From assembly GCA_036396455.1 (NCBI GenBank), contig DASWKU010000318.1, positions 1 through 62,501 on the forward strand: 62,501 nucleotides of DNA. Direction: 5' to 3'. This DNA comes from Flavobacteriaceae bacterium. Lineage in GTDB: Bacteria > Bacteroidota > Bacteroidia > Flavobacteriales > Flavobacteriaceae. Both the position numbers and the translations under genes were made by a program. Shown here piece by piece: positions 22,201 to 29,624 of the stretch. The notes beneath the pieces are model-generated. The model was not told the origin of the DNA, made no database searches, and worked only from the letters and a program-made list of their open reading frames with translations. Position 1 is the stretch's first letter, and every line of letters begins with the position of its first letter.

Positions 22201-23042
22201 CAGAACAAAAGCTAATTCTTTTTAAAAGTAAATGGACTGATGAGTCTTATCCTGAAAAGTCAACAGAAGAAGAAAAACTTAACGCTTTAGTTCGTGATTT
22301 TCCAGAAATTTTGAACCACTTAATGCCATACAAAGAAAGCGCGATTAAACGATATGACAAAGGGGATTATTGGTGGGAATTAAGAAATTGTGCTTATTAT
22401 GACTTGTTTGATAAGCCTAAAATTATATTCCCCAATCTTCAAAATACCAATAAATTCTGTTTTGATGCAAAAGGTACTTTCGTTAATGCCCCAGCTGTAT
22501 TCTTACCAGTAGATAATAAAGCTTTATTCTGTATTCTTAATTCTAAAGTGGTTTGGGAGTTTCTTAAATCGATATGTGTTGTACGAAGCGGTGGGTACAT
22601 TGAAGTAAAACCTCAATATTTCGAACAAATCCCTATTCCTGAACTAAAAAACGAAAAGCAATTTGAGAGTAAAGCAAATAACGTTATTGGATTTATGAAT
22701 GACTTTCAACTTTTAGATTCAAGATTTCAGAATTACATTTCGACGAAGTTTCAAATCGAAAAACCAACCCGCAAACTTGAAAACTGGCACGAGCTGGACT
22801 TTGCAGACTTTATTAAAGAACTCAACAAGGCCATTAAAAAAGCAGGAGGCACAGCACTCACCAAAAAAGACGAGTTTGAGTGGTTGGAACTGTTTGAGGA
22901 TAATAAGAAAAAAGCCCAATCGCTAAAGATCCAAATTGCCCAAACAGAAACAGAAATAGATCAAATGGTGTATGGGCTGTATGGGTTGACAGAAGAAGAA
23001 ATTGCCATTGTTGAGGGGCAAGGGAGTTATAAGGGACTCTAG
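19254..23042 (+). CDS. Type IIG (Eco57I-like) restriction-modification enzyme, N6-adenine MTase, with inserted HUH transposase domain
   Basis: N-terminal PD-(D/E)XK-like ADG..IELKG; YAYNGGLF; GVFYTP; motif I DPACGSGAF; motif IV GNPPY; TaqI-C-like TRD (PKIIFPN). Confidence 0.92.
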   Translation: MALFQTSVLKTYLTQQDHALVGLAYKKYTTYFHNATIQENIKNSKEEQFQATFLIELFVNILDYTLNPNPNFNLTTEFKNQTGAGKADGAILKGNTAIGVIELKGTNTKDLESIRKQAFDYKANQKGCVYVVTSNFEKLRFYINDATEFLEFNLFQLAPEEFALLYLCLQKDNIHNNLALTIKEASLVVEDNITKQFYNDYSVFKRELFRDLVKRNAKRMKIESVVASEVRQSHDDSNTNENKALEKNVKLSLFKKSQKLIDRFLFIFFAEDRGLLPPNSTIQILDKWKADIDFGDERPLYNLFKQYFHFLDSGRKGTTSRAEIYAYNGGLFNPDAILDTLEIDDDLLYKHTYKLAKYDFSSQVDVNILGHIFENSLNEIESVNAEIEGGAFDKQTSKRKKDGVFYTPKYITKYIVEHTVGKLCQEKKEALGFKEEAYFEVKKGTHQNTKKQLLGVLDSYREWLLQITICDPACGSGAFLNQALDFLIKEHRYIDELKAKVTGGSLILSDIENTILENNIYGVDLNEESVEIAKLSLWLRTAQPRRKLNDLSNNIKCGNSLINDKKVAGDKAFNWETEFPHLFKEKDKKAYHITTSVHDSRTSERMKTYKVRERRAMGTNPYPNVHYFTTDDNLVITQTLATIVEEDRLQLLAYNICGDHIHLLLVCELDEVPGIMQKIKSVTSKMVHRVRGATREHAPLSNTPLWQQKYSAPKEITSTEQLHNTLKYIQSNRQKHQLPPHSKQLQDLIDTMCCSVDDAFKPEYLGGFDVVIGNPPYVRAELLTEYLRYFEKNYKVYHSASDLFAYFYELGSKIINKKGLMGYISNTFDKTTAGKVLRDYLATRTNLKQYIDFTEVKIFEGATTYPVIIILQNYYNNKSKFKYIKIPKSSQNRVIDIDIENKIEVLQDSLDSNSWSLSSVGKAKILDKISQFSNLKETYGKCYYGVKTALNDAFIVKNNWPYSEHIKPILEGKEIKKWNVQKAEQKLILFKSKWTDESYPEKSTEEEKLNALVRDFPEILNHLMPYKESAIKRYDKGDYWWELRNCAYYDLFDKPKIIFPNLQNTNKFCFDAKGTFVNAPAVFLPVDNKALFCILNSKVVWEFLKSICVVRSGGYIEVKPQYFEQIPIPELKNEKQFESKANNVIGFMNDFQLLDSRFQNYISTKFQIEKPTRKLENWHELDFADFIKELNKAIKKAGGTALTKKDEFEWLELFEDNKKKAQSLKIQIAQTETEIDQMVYGLYGLTEEEIAIVEGQGSYKGL
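19926..19953 (+). repeat. In-frame REP-like palindromic element (reads VVASEVRQS)
   Basis: GTCGTTGCGAGCGAAGTGCGGCAATCTC resembles the recalled GTCATTGCGAGCGAAGCG..GCAATC repeat type and lies in a non-conserved loop. Confidence 0.55.
21009..21548 (+). mobile_element. IS200/RAYT-like Y1 HUH transposase domain embedded in the R-M ORF
   Basis: YHIT, AYNICGDHIHLLL (HUH at 21231-21239), IKSVTSK, LWQQKY and KYIQSN (Tyr at 21435-21437). It separates FNWETEFPHLFKE from GGFDVVIGNPPY, which are normally adjacent. Boundaries are approximate. Confidence 0.85.
21333..21354. repeat. REP-like palindrome within the HUH domain
   Basis: ACAAGGGAGC-AC-GCTCCCTTGT, a perfect 10-bp stem. Confidence 0.85.
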
Positions 23043-23086
23043 TCCCTTGAGGGGGCAAGGGAGGTTCAAGGGACTCTAGTCCCTTG
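23011..23086. repeat. Tandem pair of ~36-bp units, each with a REP-like palindrome
   Basis: AAGGGACT-CT-AGTCCCTT at 23031-23048 (contains the R-M stop codon) and CAAGGGACT-CT-AGTCCCTTG at 23067-23086. Each is preceded by TTGAG(4-5)CAAGGGAG. Confidence 0.9.
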
Positions 23087-23092
23087 TAAAAA

Positions 23093-24034
23093 CTAGTGCT
23101 TATTGGGTTCATGTTTTAAAGATGCGACAATGCCTGTAAGTAGGGCCAGGGCAATAAAGGCCAAAGATATCCATTCCGGAAATTTATAATGGTGTGCCAG
23201 AATAAGCTTGACGCCCACAAAGCATAAAATGGCCACCAGACTGTATTTTAAATAGCCAAAGCGGTCTAGCATGTTGGCCAGAAAGAAATACATGGACCGT
23301 AAACCCAATATGGCAAAAATGTTGGAACTGAACACCAGAAAGGGATCGGAGGTTATGGCCAATATGGCGGGTACGCTGTCTAGGGCAAAAAGGATATCGG
23401 TAAACTCAATAACCACTAGAGCCATAAACAATGGAGTGGCAGCGGTAATATGGTGCATTTTTATAAAGAATTTTTGCCCCTGCATGTGTGAGGTTATGGG
23501 CATTACCTTTCTTAAATTTCTGTAAATAAAGGATGTTTTTGGGTTAAACTTCTCTGCCTTTGAAACCAACATCCTATATGCTGTAAAAAGCAAGAAAGCA
23601 CCAAACAGATAGGTTGCAAAGCTAAATTTTTTGATGAGGACCACTCCAAAAAATATCATTAAGGCCCTAAAGACGATAGCACCCAAAATCCCCCAGAACA
23701 GGACCCGGTGCTGGTATTTTTGTGGAATATTAAAGGAGCTAAAAATAACCGCGATCACAAAGATATTGTCGATACTTAATGACAGCTCTATCAAATATCC
23801 GGTAATATATTTAATGGTGGCATCCATTGGTGTCAACGCATTGACATTATCTATCCTACCGGTATTGTAGAGCCAATAAATGACAGTAGAGAACAAGAAG
23901 GACAAACTAATCCATAGGCCTGTCCAAAAAGAGGCTTCCCTTACACTTATTTTATGGGGGTTTTTGTTAAAGACCCCTAAATCCAACGCCAAAAAAATAA
24001 GTATTCCCAAAAGGAACAGGCCCCAAACCATCAT
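23093..24034 (-). CDS. TerC/Alx family membrane protein
   Basis: GYLIELSLSIDNIFV, QHRVLFWGILGA, DILFALDSVPA and SNIFAILGLRS. Likely start is the ATG at 24034; the ORF track gives 24067. Confidence 0.93.
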   Translation of the reverse strand: MMVWGLFLLGILIFLALDLGVFNKNPHKISVREASFWTGLWISLSFLFSTVIYWLYNTGRIDNVNALTPMDATIKYITGYLIELSLSIDNIFVIAVIFSSFNIPQKYQHRVLFWGILGAIVFRALMIFFGVVLIKKFSFATYLFGAFLLFTAYRMLVSKAEKFNPKTSFIYRNLRKVMPITSHMQGQKFFIKMHHITAATPLFMALVVIEFTDILFALDSVPAILAITSDPFLVFSSNIFAILGLRSMYFFLANMLDRFGYLKYSLVAILCFVGVKLILAHHYKFPEWISLAFIALALLTGIVASLKHEPNKH

Positions 24035-24163
24035 GTTATTTAAAAATAATTTTGCGAAAATAAACATTTGGTGAATGCAAAAAAAAAGTAATGAGTTAAA
24101 TTAGGGCTTAATAAGATAATATATTTTAAATTCTTTAACCCCTTTCTGTAACTTTGTACCTTT

Positions 24164-24388
24164 TTAATGTACAAAATGTTGCATGCCAAATTCTAGCCTA
24201 AAAAGATTTGTATTTATTAGTGTAAAGTATTCAAATTTTAGAGCAACGATCCAATCATTTGCAGATTTGTTAAACCCTTTTGAATAGATGTGATTGTTGT
24301 GCTTGACCAAGCGTTCATCCATATCATGGGTCTCCCCGACATAATATGTGCCGATGGACCTGCTGTAAATGATATACAGAAAATGCAT
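24164..24388 (-). pseudogene. Truncated duplicate of the GIY-YIG nuclease gene
   Basis: The first 53 aa are nearly identical to 24683-24964; similarity stops after ALKFE (~24230). Confidence 0.85.
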
Positions 24389-24400
24389 TTTATAAGTGTA

Positions 24401-24578
24401 TGGGTGCACGACAAAAATCACTTTCCTGATATTTCATAAAAAAGAACGCTGATAACGCTGATTTTTATGATTTACGCAGTTTGTATCAGTGTCCCGAGGA
24501 ATCGGGACTGCCCGATCAGTGCCTTCTGCGTTCCATTATTTGCAACATAGATAAAAAAGAAGATATTTGTCGTACACC
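24401..24578. mobile_element. MITE-like non-coding insertion
   Basis: Absent from the otherwise matching spacer at 24965-24990. Imperfect TIRs GGTGCACGACAAAAATC and reverse-complement GGTGTACGACAAATATC. Flanked by the direct repeat AAGTGTA (24394-24400, 24579-24585). Confidence 0.75.
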
Positions 24579-24637
24579 AAGTGTATTTAAAACCAAAAAA
24601 CCCGAACGATTTGTCCGTCCCGAAGCGTCGGGATTTA

Positions 24638-24682
24638 TGGTGGTGCCTCCAGCTCCGAAGCGTCGGAGGAACCAGGGGGCAC
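24638..24682 (-). pseudogene. Duplicated 3' half of tRNA-Phe with a hairpin substituted in the T-arm
   Basis: Minus strand GTGCCCCCTGGTTC-[CTCCGACGCTTCGGAG]-CTGGAGGCACCACCA versus tRNA GTGTCCCTGGTTC-GATTC-CTGGAGGCACCACCA. Confidence 0.88.
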
Positions 24683-24964
24683 TCATTTTTGAGAGAGCAG
24701 ATCTTCCAATATCGATGGCTTTTGGATGATCCTGTTGATGAAGGTTTTGCTTTTCATCCTTTTCACAAATCTTTCGAGATAAAGGGCATCTTCTCTGGAC
24801 CTGCACTCAAATTTTAGAGCAATGATCCAATCATTTGCAGATTTGGTAAACCCTTTTGAATAGATGTGATTGTTGTGTTTGGCCAGACGTTCATCCATGT
24901 CATGGGTCTCCCCGACATAATATGTGCCGATGGATCTGCTGTAAATGATATACAGAAAATGCAT
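24683..24964 (-). CDS. Small GIY-YIG nuclease family protein
   Basis: FLYIIYS....YYVGET.D..ERL.KHN and A..LE.FVK.MKS, a typical stand-alone GIY-YIG pattern. Confidence 0.88.
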   Translation of the reverse strand: MHFLYIIYSRSIGTYYVGETHDMDERLAKHNNHIYSKGFTKSANDWIIALKFECRSREDALYLERFVKRMKSKTFINRIIQKPSILEDLLSQK

Positions 24965-25018
24965 TTTATAAGTGTATTTAAAACCAAAAAACCCGAACGA
25001 TTTGTCCGGGTCTTATTA

Positions 25019-25094
25019 TGGTGGTGCCTCCAGGAATCGAACCAGGGACACAAGGATTTTCAGTCCTTTGCTCTACCAACTGAGCTAAGGCACC
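25019..25094 (-). tRNA. tRNA-Phe(GAA)
   Basis: GGTGCCTTAGCTCAGTTGGTAGAGCAAAGGACTGAAAATCCTTGTGTCCCTGGTTCGATTCCTGGAGGCACCACCA folds as a cloverleaf with anticodon GAA and encoded CCA. Confidence 0.98.
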
Positions 25095-25106
25095 AGTAGC
25101 TATATT

Positions 25107-25147
25107 GCGGGCCTGCCCACCGATGCAAACTTTGGTGCGTAGGCGGG
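25107..25147. repeat. GC-rich hairpin element in the tRNA leader, flanked by GCGGG direct repeats
   Basis: GCGGG-CCTGCCCACCGATGCAAACTTTGGTGCGTAG-GCGGG; CACCGA..TTGGTG is an imperfect stem. Confidence 0.6.
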
Positions 25148-25149
25148 TG

Positions 25150-25157
25150 CAAATATA
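25150..25157 (-). promoter_or_regulatory. Bacteroidota -7 promoter element for tRNA-Phe
   Basis: TATATTTG on the minus strand matches the TAnnTTTG consensus. Confidence 0.7.
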
Positions 25158-25315
25158 GGGTCATTTTTAATATTCACAAAAAGAAACCAAAAAAATAATT
25201 ATGGGCTTTCAAATAAATTAGATAACCAACATAACCCTATGAAAGTGTTATTTTTAGGTTAAACGAGATGGCATTATTCTGTATCATTTTGTAAGTTTAC
25301 GGCTTATACACCATT

Positions 25316-26047
25316 ATGAATTTAATTGTTGATGTTGGGAATTCGTATGTTAAGTTTGCTGTTTTTCAGCAAGGTAAGTTAATACATAAAATAACTACAG
25401 AGCTGACCCATTTTAATAAAACTTACCAATCCATAAAGGGTGATTTTTCAGAAATTGAAAAAACCATTATTTCTTCAGTTGGAAAATTAGAGGTTTCACA
25501 AGTTGAAAGCATTAAAAAACAAGGCAAGGTTTTGGTCTTGGATTCCGAAGTTAAGCTTCCATTTAAAAATTTATATAAGACTCCAAAAACTCTTGGGGTT
25601 GACAGAATGGCTTTGGTAAGTGCTGCGGTCCATCAATTTCCAAATGAAAACGTATTGATAATTGATATGGGCACCTGTATCACGTATGATTTTTTGACAT
25701 CTGAAAACCATTATCTTGGAGGTGCCATTTCACCTGGAATACGATTGCGCTATCAGTCTTTACATAATTTAACGGCCAATCTTCCGTTATTGGATTCTGA
25801 AATGCCAAAGGACATCATTGGCGACAGCACATCCAGTGCCATCCATTCAGGAGTTGTTCATGGAATTTTAAAGGAAATTGACGGGATAATTGATGAATAC
25901 CAAAAAAAATATCAAGATTTAACAGTTATTTTAACAGGTGGAGACACCAATTTCTTGTCAAACCAATTAAAAAATAGCATATTTGCCAACTCAAATTTTC
26001 TTTTGGAAGGTTTAAACTATATTTTGGAATTCAATACACACCAATGA
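25316..26047 (+). CDS. coaX: Type III pantothenate kinase
   Basis: DVGNS, LGVDR, IDMGTCITYD, GGAISPG and LTGGD. Confidence 0.95.
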   Translation: MNLIVDVGNSYVKFAVFQQGKLIHKITTELTHFNKTYQSIKGDFSEIEKTIISSVGKLEVSQVESIKKQGKVLVLDSEVKLPFKNLYKTPKTLGVDRMALVSAAVHQFPNENVLIIDMGTCITYDFLTSENHYLGGAISPGIRLRYQSLHNLTANLPLLDSEMPKDIIGDSTSSAIHSGVVHGILKEIDGIIDEYQKKYQDLTVILTGGDTNFLSNQLKNSIFANSNFLLEGLNYILEFNTHQ

Positions 26048-27348
26048 TAAAAAAACTTGTAATAGTTTTGATCGCTTTTTTTGCTTTACAGATAAATGCT
26101 CAACAAGGCACTTCTTCACCATATTCGTTCTATGGAATAGGAACTTTAAAATTTAAAGGCACCGTTGAAAATAAGAGCATGGGTGGCTTAAGTATTTTTA
26201 CCGATAGTATCCATGTCAACCTAAGAAACCCCGCTGGATATGTCGGCCCGAACTTAAAGTCATTTAATGAGGAAAGTCGTCCTGTAAAATTTTCGGTAGC
26301 TGGCAGTAACAATAGTTTAAACTTAAAAACCAATTCGGGTTCTGCCAAAACAAGCGCAGCGACCTTTGATTATTTAACCTTGTCCTTTCCAATTGGAAAA
26401 TTTGGGGTGGGTTTTGGTTTATTGCCTTATACGGCGGTAGGTTATAAATTGGAATCGACAGAAAATGACCTTATTACCAATAGGTATAGAGGCGAAGGTG
26501 GTTTGAACAAAACGTTTTTAGGATTGGGATATCTCATAACCGATGGTTTAAGTGTCGGGATTGATGTGAGCTATAATTTCGGGAATGTTCAAAACAGCGT
26601 TATCGAGTTTGTTTATGACGATGAAAATAATCCCGTGCAGTATCAATCCCGTGAAAATAACCGATCTGATTTAAGTGGGCTGAACTTTAATCTGGGGCTT
26701 TCCTATAAAACGATGTTGAATGAAAAACTTGAATTGACCACTGGCCTTACCTATGCTCCAGAAAGTACGCTTAGATCAAATAATTCAAGGTCTTTTTCAA
26801 CAATAGTTATTAGTGCATTGTCAGGCCAGGAGTTTGAAGTGAATAGGATTGATGCCGATTTGGAGGCTGTCAATTTAAAAACCACAGATTTGACATTGCC
26901 TTCAAGAATTGCATTCGGAGCAGGATTGGGACAGCCAAGAAAATGGTTTGTGGGTGCGGAATATACCTTTCAAAACACAAAAAAGTTTTCAAATCCAATT
27001 TTTAGCGTAGATAATACTACCTTTGTAAATGCCTCGAACATTTCATTGGGAGGATTTTTGGTTCCAGACTACAATTCATTTTCAAATTATTGGAAAAGAG
27101 CGACCTACAGAGCTGGTTTACATTTTGAAAATACAGGGTTGGAAATCAATAATGAGACCATAAAGGAGTTTGGCATATCTTTTGGAGTTGGGTTACCCAT
27201 TGGGAACGTATTCTCAAATGCAAATTTGGGGTTTGAAATTGGCAAGAGGGGCACAACCAACCAAAATTTGATTCAAGAAAATTTTTTCAATGTGAATATT
27301 AGTTTATCTTTAAATGATAGATGGTTCCAAAAACGAAAATACAACTAA
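26044..27348 (+). CDS. Outer-membrane beta-barrel protein (FadL-like, conserved in Bacteroidota)
   Basis: Signal peptide, SSPYSFYGIG, NPA motif, amphipathic strands; conserved position after coaX. Confidence 0.65.
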   Translation: MIKKLVIVLIAFFALQINAQQGTSSPYSFYGIGTLKFKGTVENKSMGGLSIFTDSIHVNLRNPAGYVGPNLKSFNEESRPVKFSVAGSNNSLNLKTNSGSAKTSAATFDYLTLSFPIGKFGVGFGLLPYTAVGYKLESTENDLITNRYRGEGGLNKTFLGLGYLITDGLSVGIDVSYNFGNVQNSVIEFVYDDENNPVQYQSRENNRSDLSGLNFNLGLSYKTMLNEKLELTTGLTYAPESTLRSNNSRSFSTIVISALSGQEFEVNRIDADLEAVNLKTTDLTLPSRIAFGAGLGQPRKWFVGAEYTFQNTKKFSNPIFSVDNTTFVNASNISLGGFLVPDYNSFSNYWKRATYRAGLHFENTGLEINNETIKEFGISFGVGLPIGNVFSNANLGFEIGKRGTTNQNLIQENFFNVNISLSLNDRWFQKRKYN

Positions 27349-27362
27349 CAGTAAATTTATAA

Positions 27363-28748
27363 ATGATGAAAACGAGAATTACTTTAATATTGGCAGCACT
27401 TTTTATAAGTGTTAATGTAAGTTTCGCGCAGCAGGACGAAGAATGCATGAACAATCTTACAATCTTCACAGACTATTATAAAAGCAAACGGTATGATGAG
27501 GCTTATGAACCCTGGATGAAAGTGAGGAATAAATGTCCAAAATTCAACAGGGCCATCTATGCTTATGGAGAAAAGATTCTTGAACATAAAATAAAGGGCT
27601 CCACCGGAAGCGAAAAAGTGGCTTATATTAAAGATCTTGAAGCACTTTGGGATAAAGCCTTGGAGTATTTTCCTTCCAATTACAAGTTAGGTGAAGTATT
27701 GGCCGACAAATTAATTTTAATGTACGACAACAGAAAAGAACTTGGTGCAACAGACAGACAATTATTTGATCTGGCCGATAAAGCTTATAAACAAGATTTA
27801 GAAAATTTCACAAATCCTAAAGCATTATATATCTATTTTTCTGCCATAGTGGATTTATATGACGCTAAACAGGTGCCAATACAAAACGTATTTGACAAAT
27901 ATGACGATGTTTCAGAAAAAATTGCAACAGAGATTCAAAACTATACGGAAAAATTAAACAAACTTGTTGAAAAAGAGGAAGCGGGCCAAACCTTGACTTC
28001 TAAAGAGGCTCAATATAAAGCCAAGTACGAAAGTTATTTGGAGGCCTATGATAAAATCTCTGGAAGCATTGACAGCAAATTGGGGATATTGGCCAATTGT
28101 GAGAACTTGATTCCATTGTACAAAAAAGATTTTCAGAATTTCAAAAGCGATGCGGTTTGGTTGAAACGTGCTGTGAGTCGAATGTATGCCAAAGAGTGTA
28201 CCGACGACCCTCTATATGTTGAATTGGTAAAAGCCTATGATGCAACGGCACCATCAGCTGATACCAAATACTTTGTGGCCACGGTGTTGCTTAAACAAGG
28301 AAAAGACAAAGAAGCTGAGAACTACATGAAACAAGCGTTCGATTTGGAAACGGATCCTTATAAAAAAGGAAAATTGGCCGAACGTATTGCCAGTAGTTTA
28401 AAATCTAAAGGACAATATGGTCAAGCTAGAACGTATTACAGGGAATCTTTACGATTCAATCCTTCAAACGGTAGGCCTTATCTTGCCATTGCAGCAATGT
28501 ATGCCGCCAGTGCCAATAATTGTGGGGATGACACCTTTACCAAACGTGCTGTGTTTTGGTTGGCCGCTCAGGAAGCTGCCAAAGCTAGCAGGATAGATGG
28601 TAATTTAAGATCGGCTGCTGCACAATCAATTGCAAGTTATAATGATAGAGCACCTACGAGATCTGAAATTTTCACTAAAGGAAATCAAGGTCAACCCATT
28701 AGAATTGGGTGTTGGATAGGTGAGACAGTAACAGTGCCTAATCTGTAG
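27363..28748 (+). CDS. Exported tetratricopeptide-repeat protein
   Basis: Signal peptide and helical TPR-like repeats. Confidence 0.7.
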   Translation: MMKTRITLILAALFISVNVSFAQQDEECMNNLTIFTDYYKSKRYDEAYEPWMKVRNKCPKFNRAIYAYGEKILEHKIKGSTGSEKVAYIKDLEALWDKALEYFPSNYKLGEVLADKLILMYDNRKELGATDRQLFDLADKAYKQDLENFTNPKALYIYFSAIVDLYDAKQVPIQNVFDKYDDVSEKIATEIQNYTEKLNKLVEKEEAGQTLTSKEAQYKAKYESYLEAYDKISGSIDSKLGILANCENLIPLYKKDFQNFKSDAVWLKRAVSRMYAKECTDDPLYVELVKAYDATAPSADTKYFVATVLLKQGKDKEAENYMKQAFDLETDPYKKGKLAERIASSLKSKGQYGQARTYYRESLRFNPSNGRPYLAIAAMYAASANNCGDDTFTKRAVFWLAAQEAAKASRIDGNLRSAAAQSIASYNDRAPTRSEIFTKGNQGQPIRIGCWIGETVTVPNL

Positions 28749-29306
28749 ATGAAAATTAGAAATATAAATACATTTTTAAGTATGGTTGTAGCGTTGGCTA
28801 CAACCATACTTTTTTCATGTAAACATAATTTCAGGGATGTACAGCAAATAGGGGTGTTACAAAATGGACCAGTTGGAGAAGCCAAAAACATTAATTTAAA
28901 ATATACCGATTCTGGCAAGATAAAAGCCAATTTGTTAAGCCCTAAAATGCTGGATTACTCCAATAGGGAATTTTCATTTTCAGAATTTCCTGAAGGCATT
29001 CACCTCAATCTTTTTGACGATGAAAACCATAAAAGTGTTGTGCTGGCAGATTATGCCATCAGTTATAGCGAAACAGACTTGATTGATCTACAGGGCAATG
29101 TGGTTTTAATGACGCATACAAAAGATACCCTGTTCGCCGAACAAATGTATTATGATCAAAAACGTGAACGCTTATTCACAAATTCGCCGGTACGCTTTAG
29201 TTTCGCTTCAGGTAATTCAGGTAGGGGCAATATCTTTGATTCAGATATTCAATTTGAAAACTACGAAATATTGGAAGGGAGCGGAAGTGCCAATATAGAC
29301 CAATAA
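28749..29306 (+). CDS. lptC: LPS export periplasmic protein LptC
   Basis: Lipobox FSC, YTDSGK, FPEGI and DL.GNV beta-jellyroll pattern. Confidence 0.75.
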   Translation: MKIRNINTFLSMVVALATTILFSCKHNFRDVQQIGVLQNGPVGEAKNINLKYTDSGKIKANLLSPKMLDYSNREFSFSEFPEGIHLNLFDDENHKSVVLADYAISYSETDLIDLQGNVVLMTHTKDTLFAEQMYYDQKRERLFTNSPVRFSFASGNSGRGNIFDSDIQFENYEILEGSGSANIDQ

Positions 29307-29429
29307 ATTAATTATCTTTGTCTAATTAATTTTGTAAAATGAAACGCCCACGATCAAAATTTCGGACACACAGGAGGATGATTATCCGGGCGTTCCATCT
29401 GACCTTTGAAAAACAAATATTATAATCAG

Positions 29430-29621
29430 ATGAAACTTCTTAAATTCTTTCAATACGCCTATATACTTTTTGCCATCCTGTTTTTGTATGAAGCCATTAT
29501 CAATTGGAATGTGGACAGAAACAAATCCTACATATCCTTACTTTTTGTGGCTCTTGCAGTATTTATGTTTTTCTTTAGGAAACGGTTCAGGAAAAAGATG
29601 GAGGACAGAAACAAGCATTAA
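29430..29621 (+). CDS. Small two-TM membrane protein
   Basis: Two hydrophobic segments and a basic tail; ATG at 29430 (track start 29406). Confidence 0.6.
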   Translation: MKLLKFFQYAYILFAILFLYEAIINWNVDRNKSYISLLFVALAVFMFFFRKRFRKKMEDRNKH

Positions 29622-29624
29622 ACT

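Noticed and set aside
23011-23086. Possible mini CRISPR array
   Set aside because: Only two units, the spacers are nearly identical, and no cas genes are present.
24638-24682. Second functional tRNA, or prophage attR
   Set aside because: It lacks the 5' half and anticodon arm and has a disrupted T-loop. There are no integrase or phage genes between the copies.
24481-25099. ORFs 24481-24729, 24516-24806, 24581-24817, 24814-25053 and 24866-25099
   Set aside because: They are alternative-frame or antisense readings of the tRNA, its duplicate, the repeats and the GIY-YIG gene.
29341-29396. AACGCCC...GGGCGTT inverted repeat as a riboswitch or ncRNA
   Set aside because: Only a 7-bp stem with no recognisable conserved RNA motif, so it cannot be supported without a covariance search.
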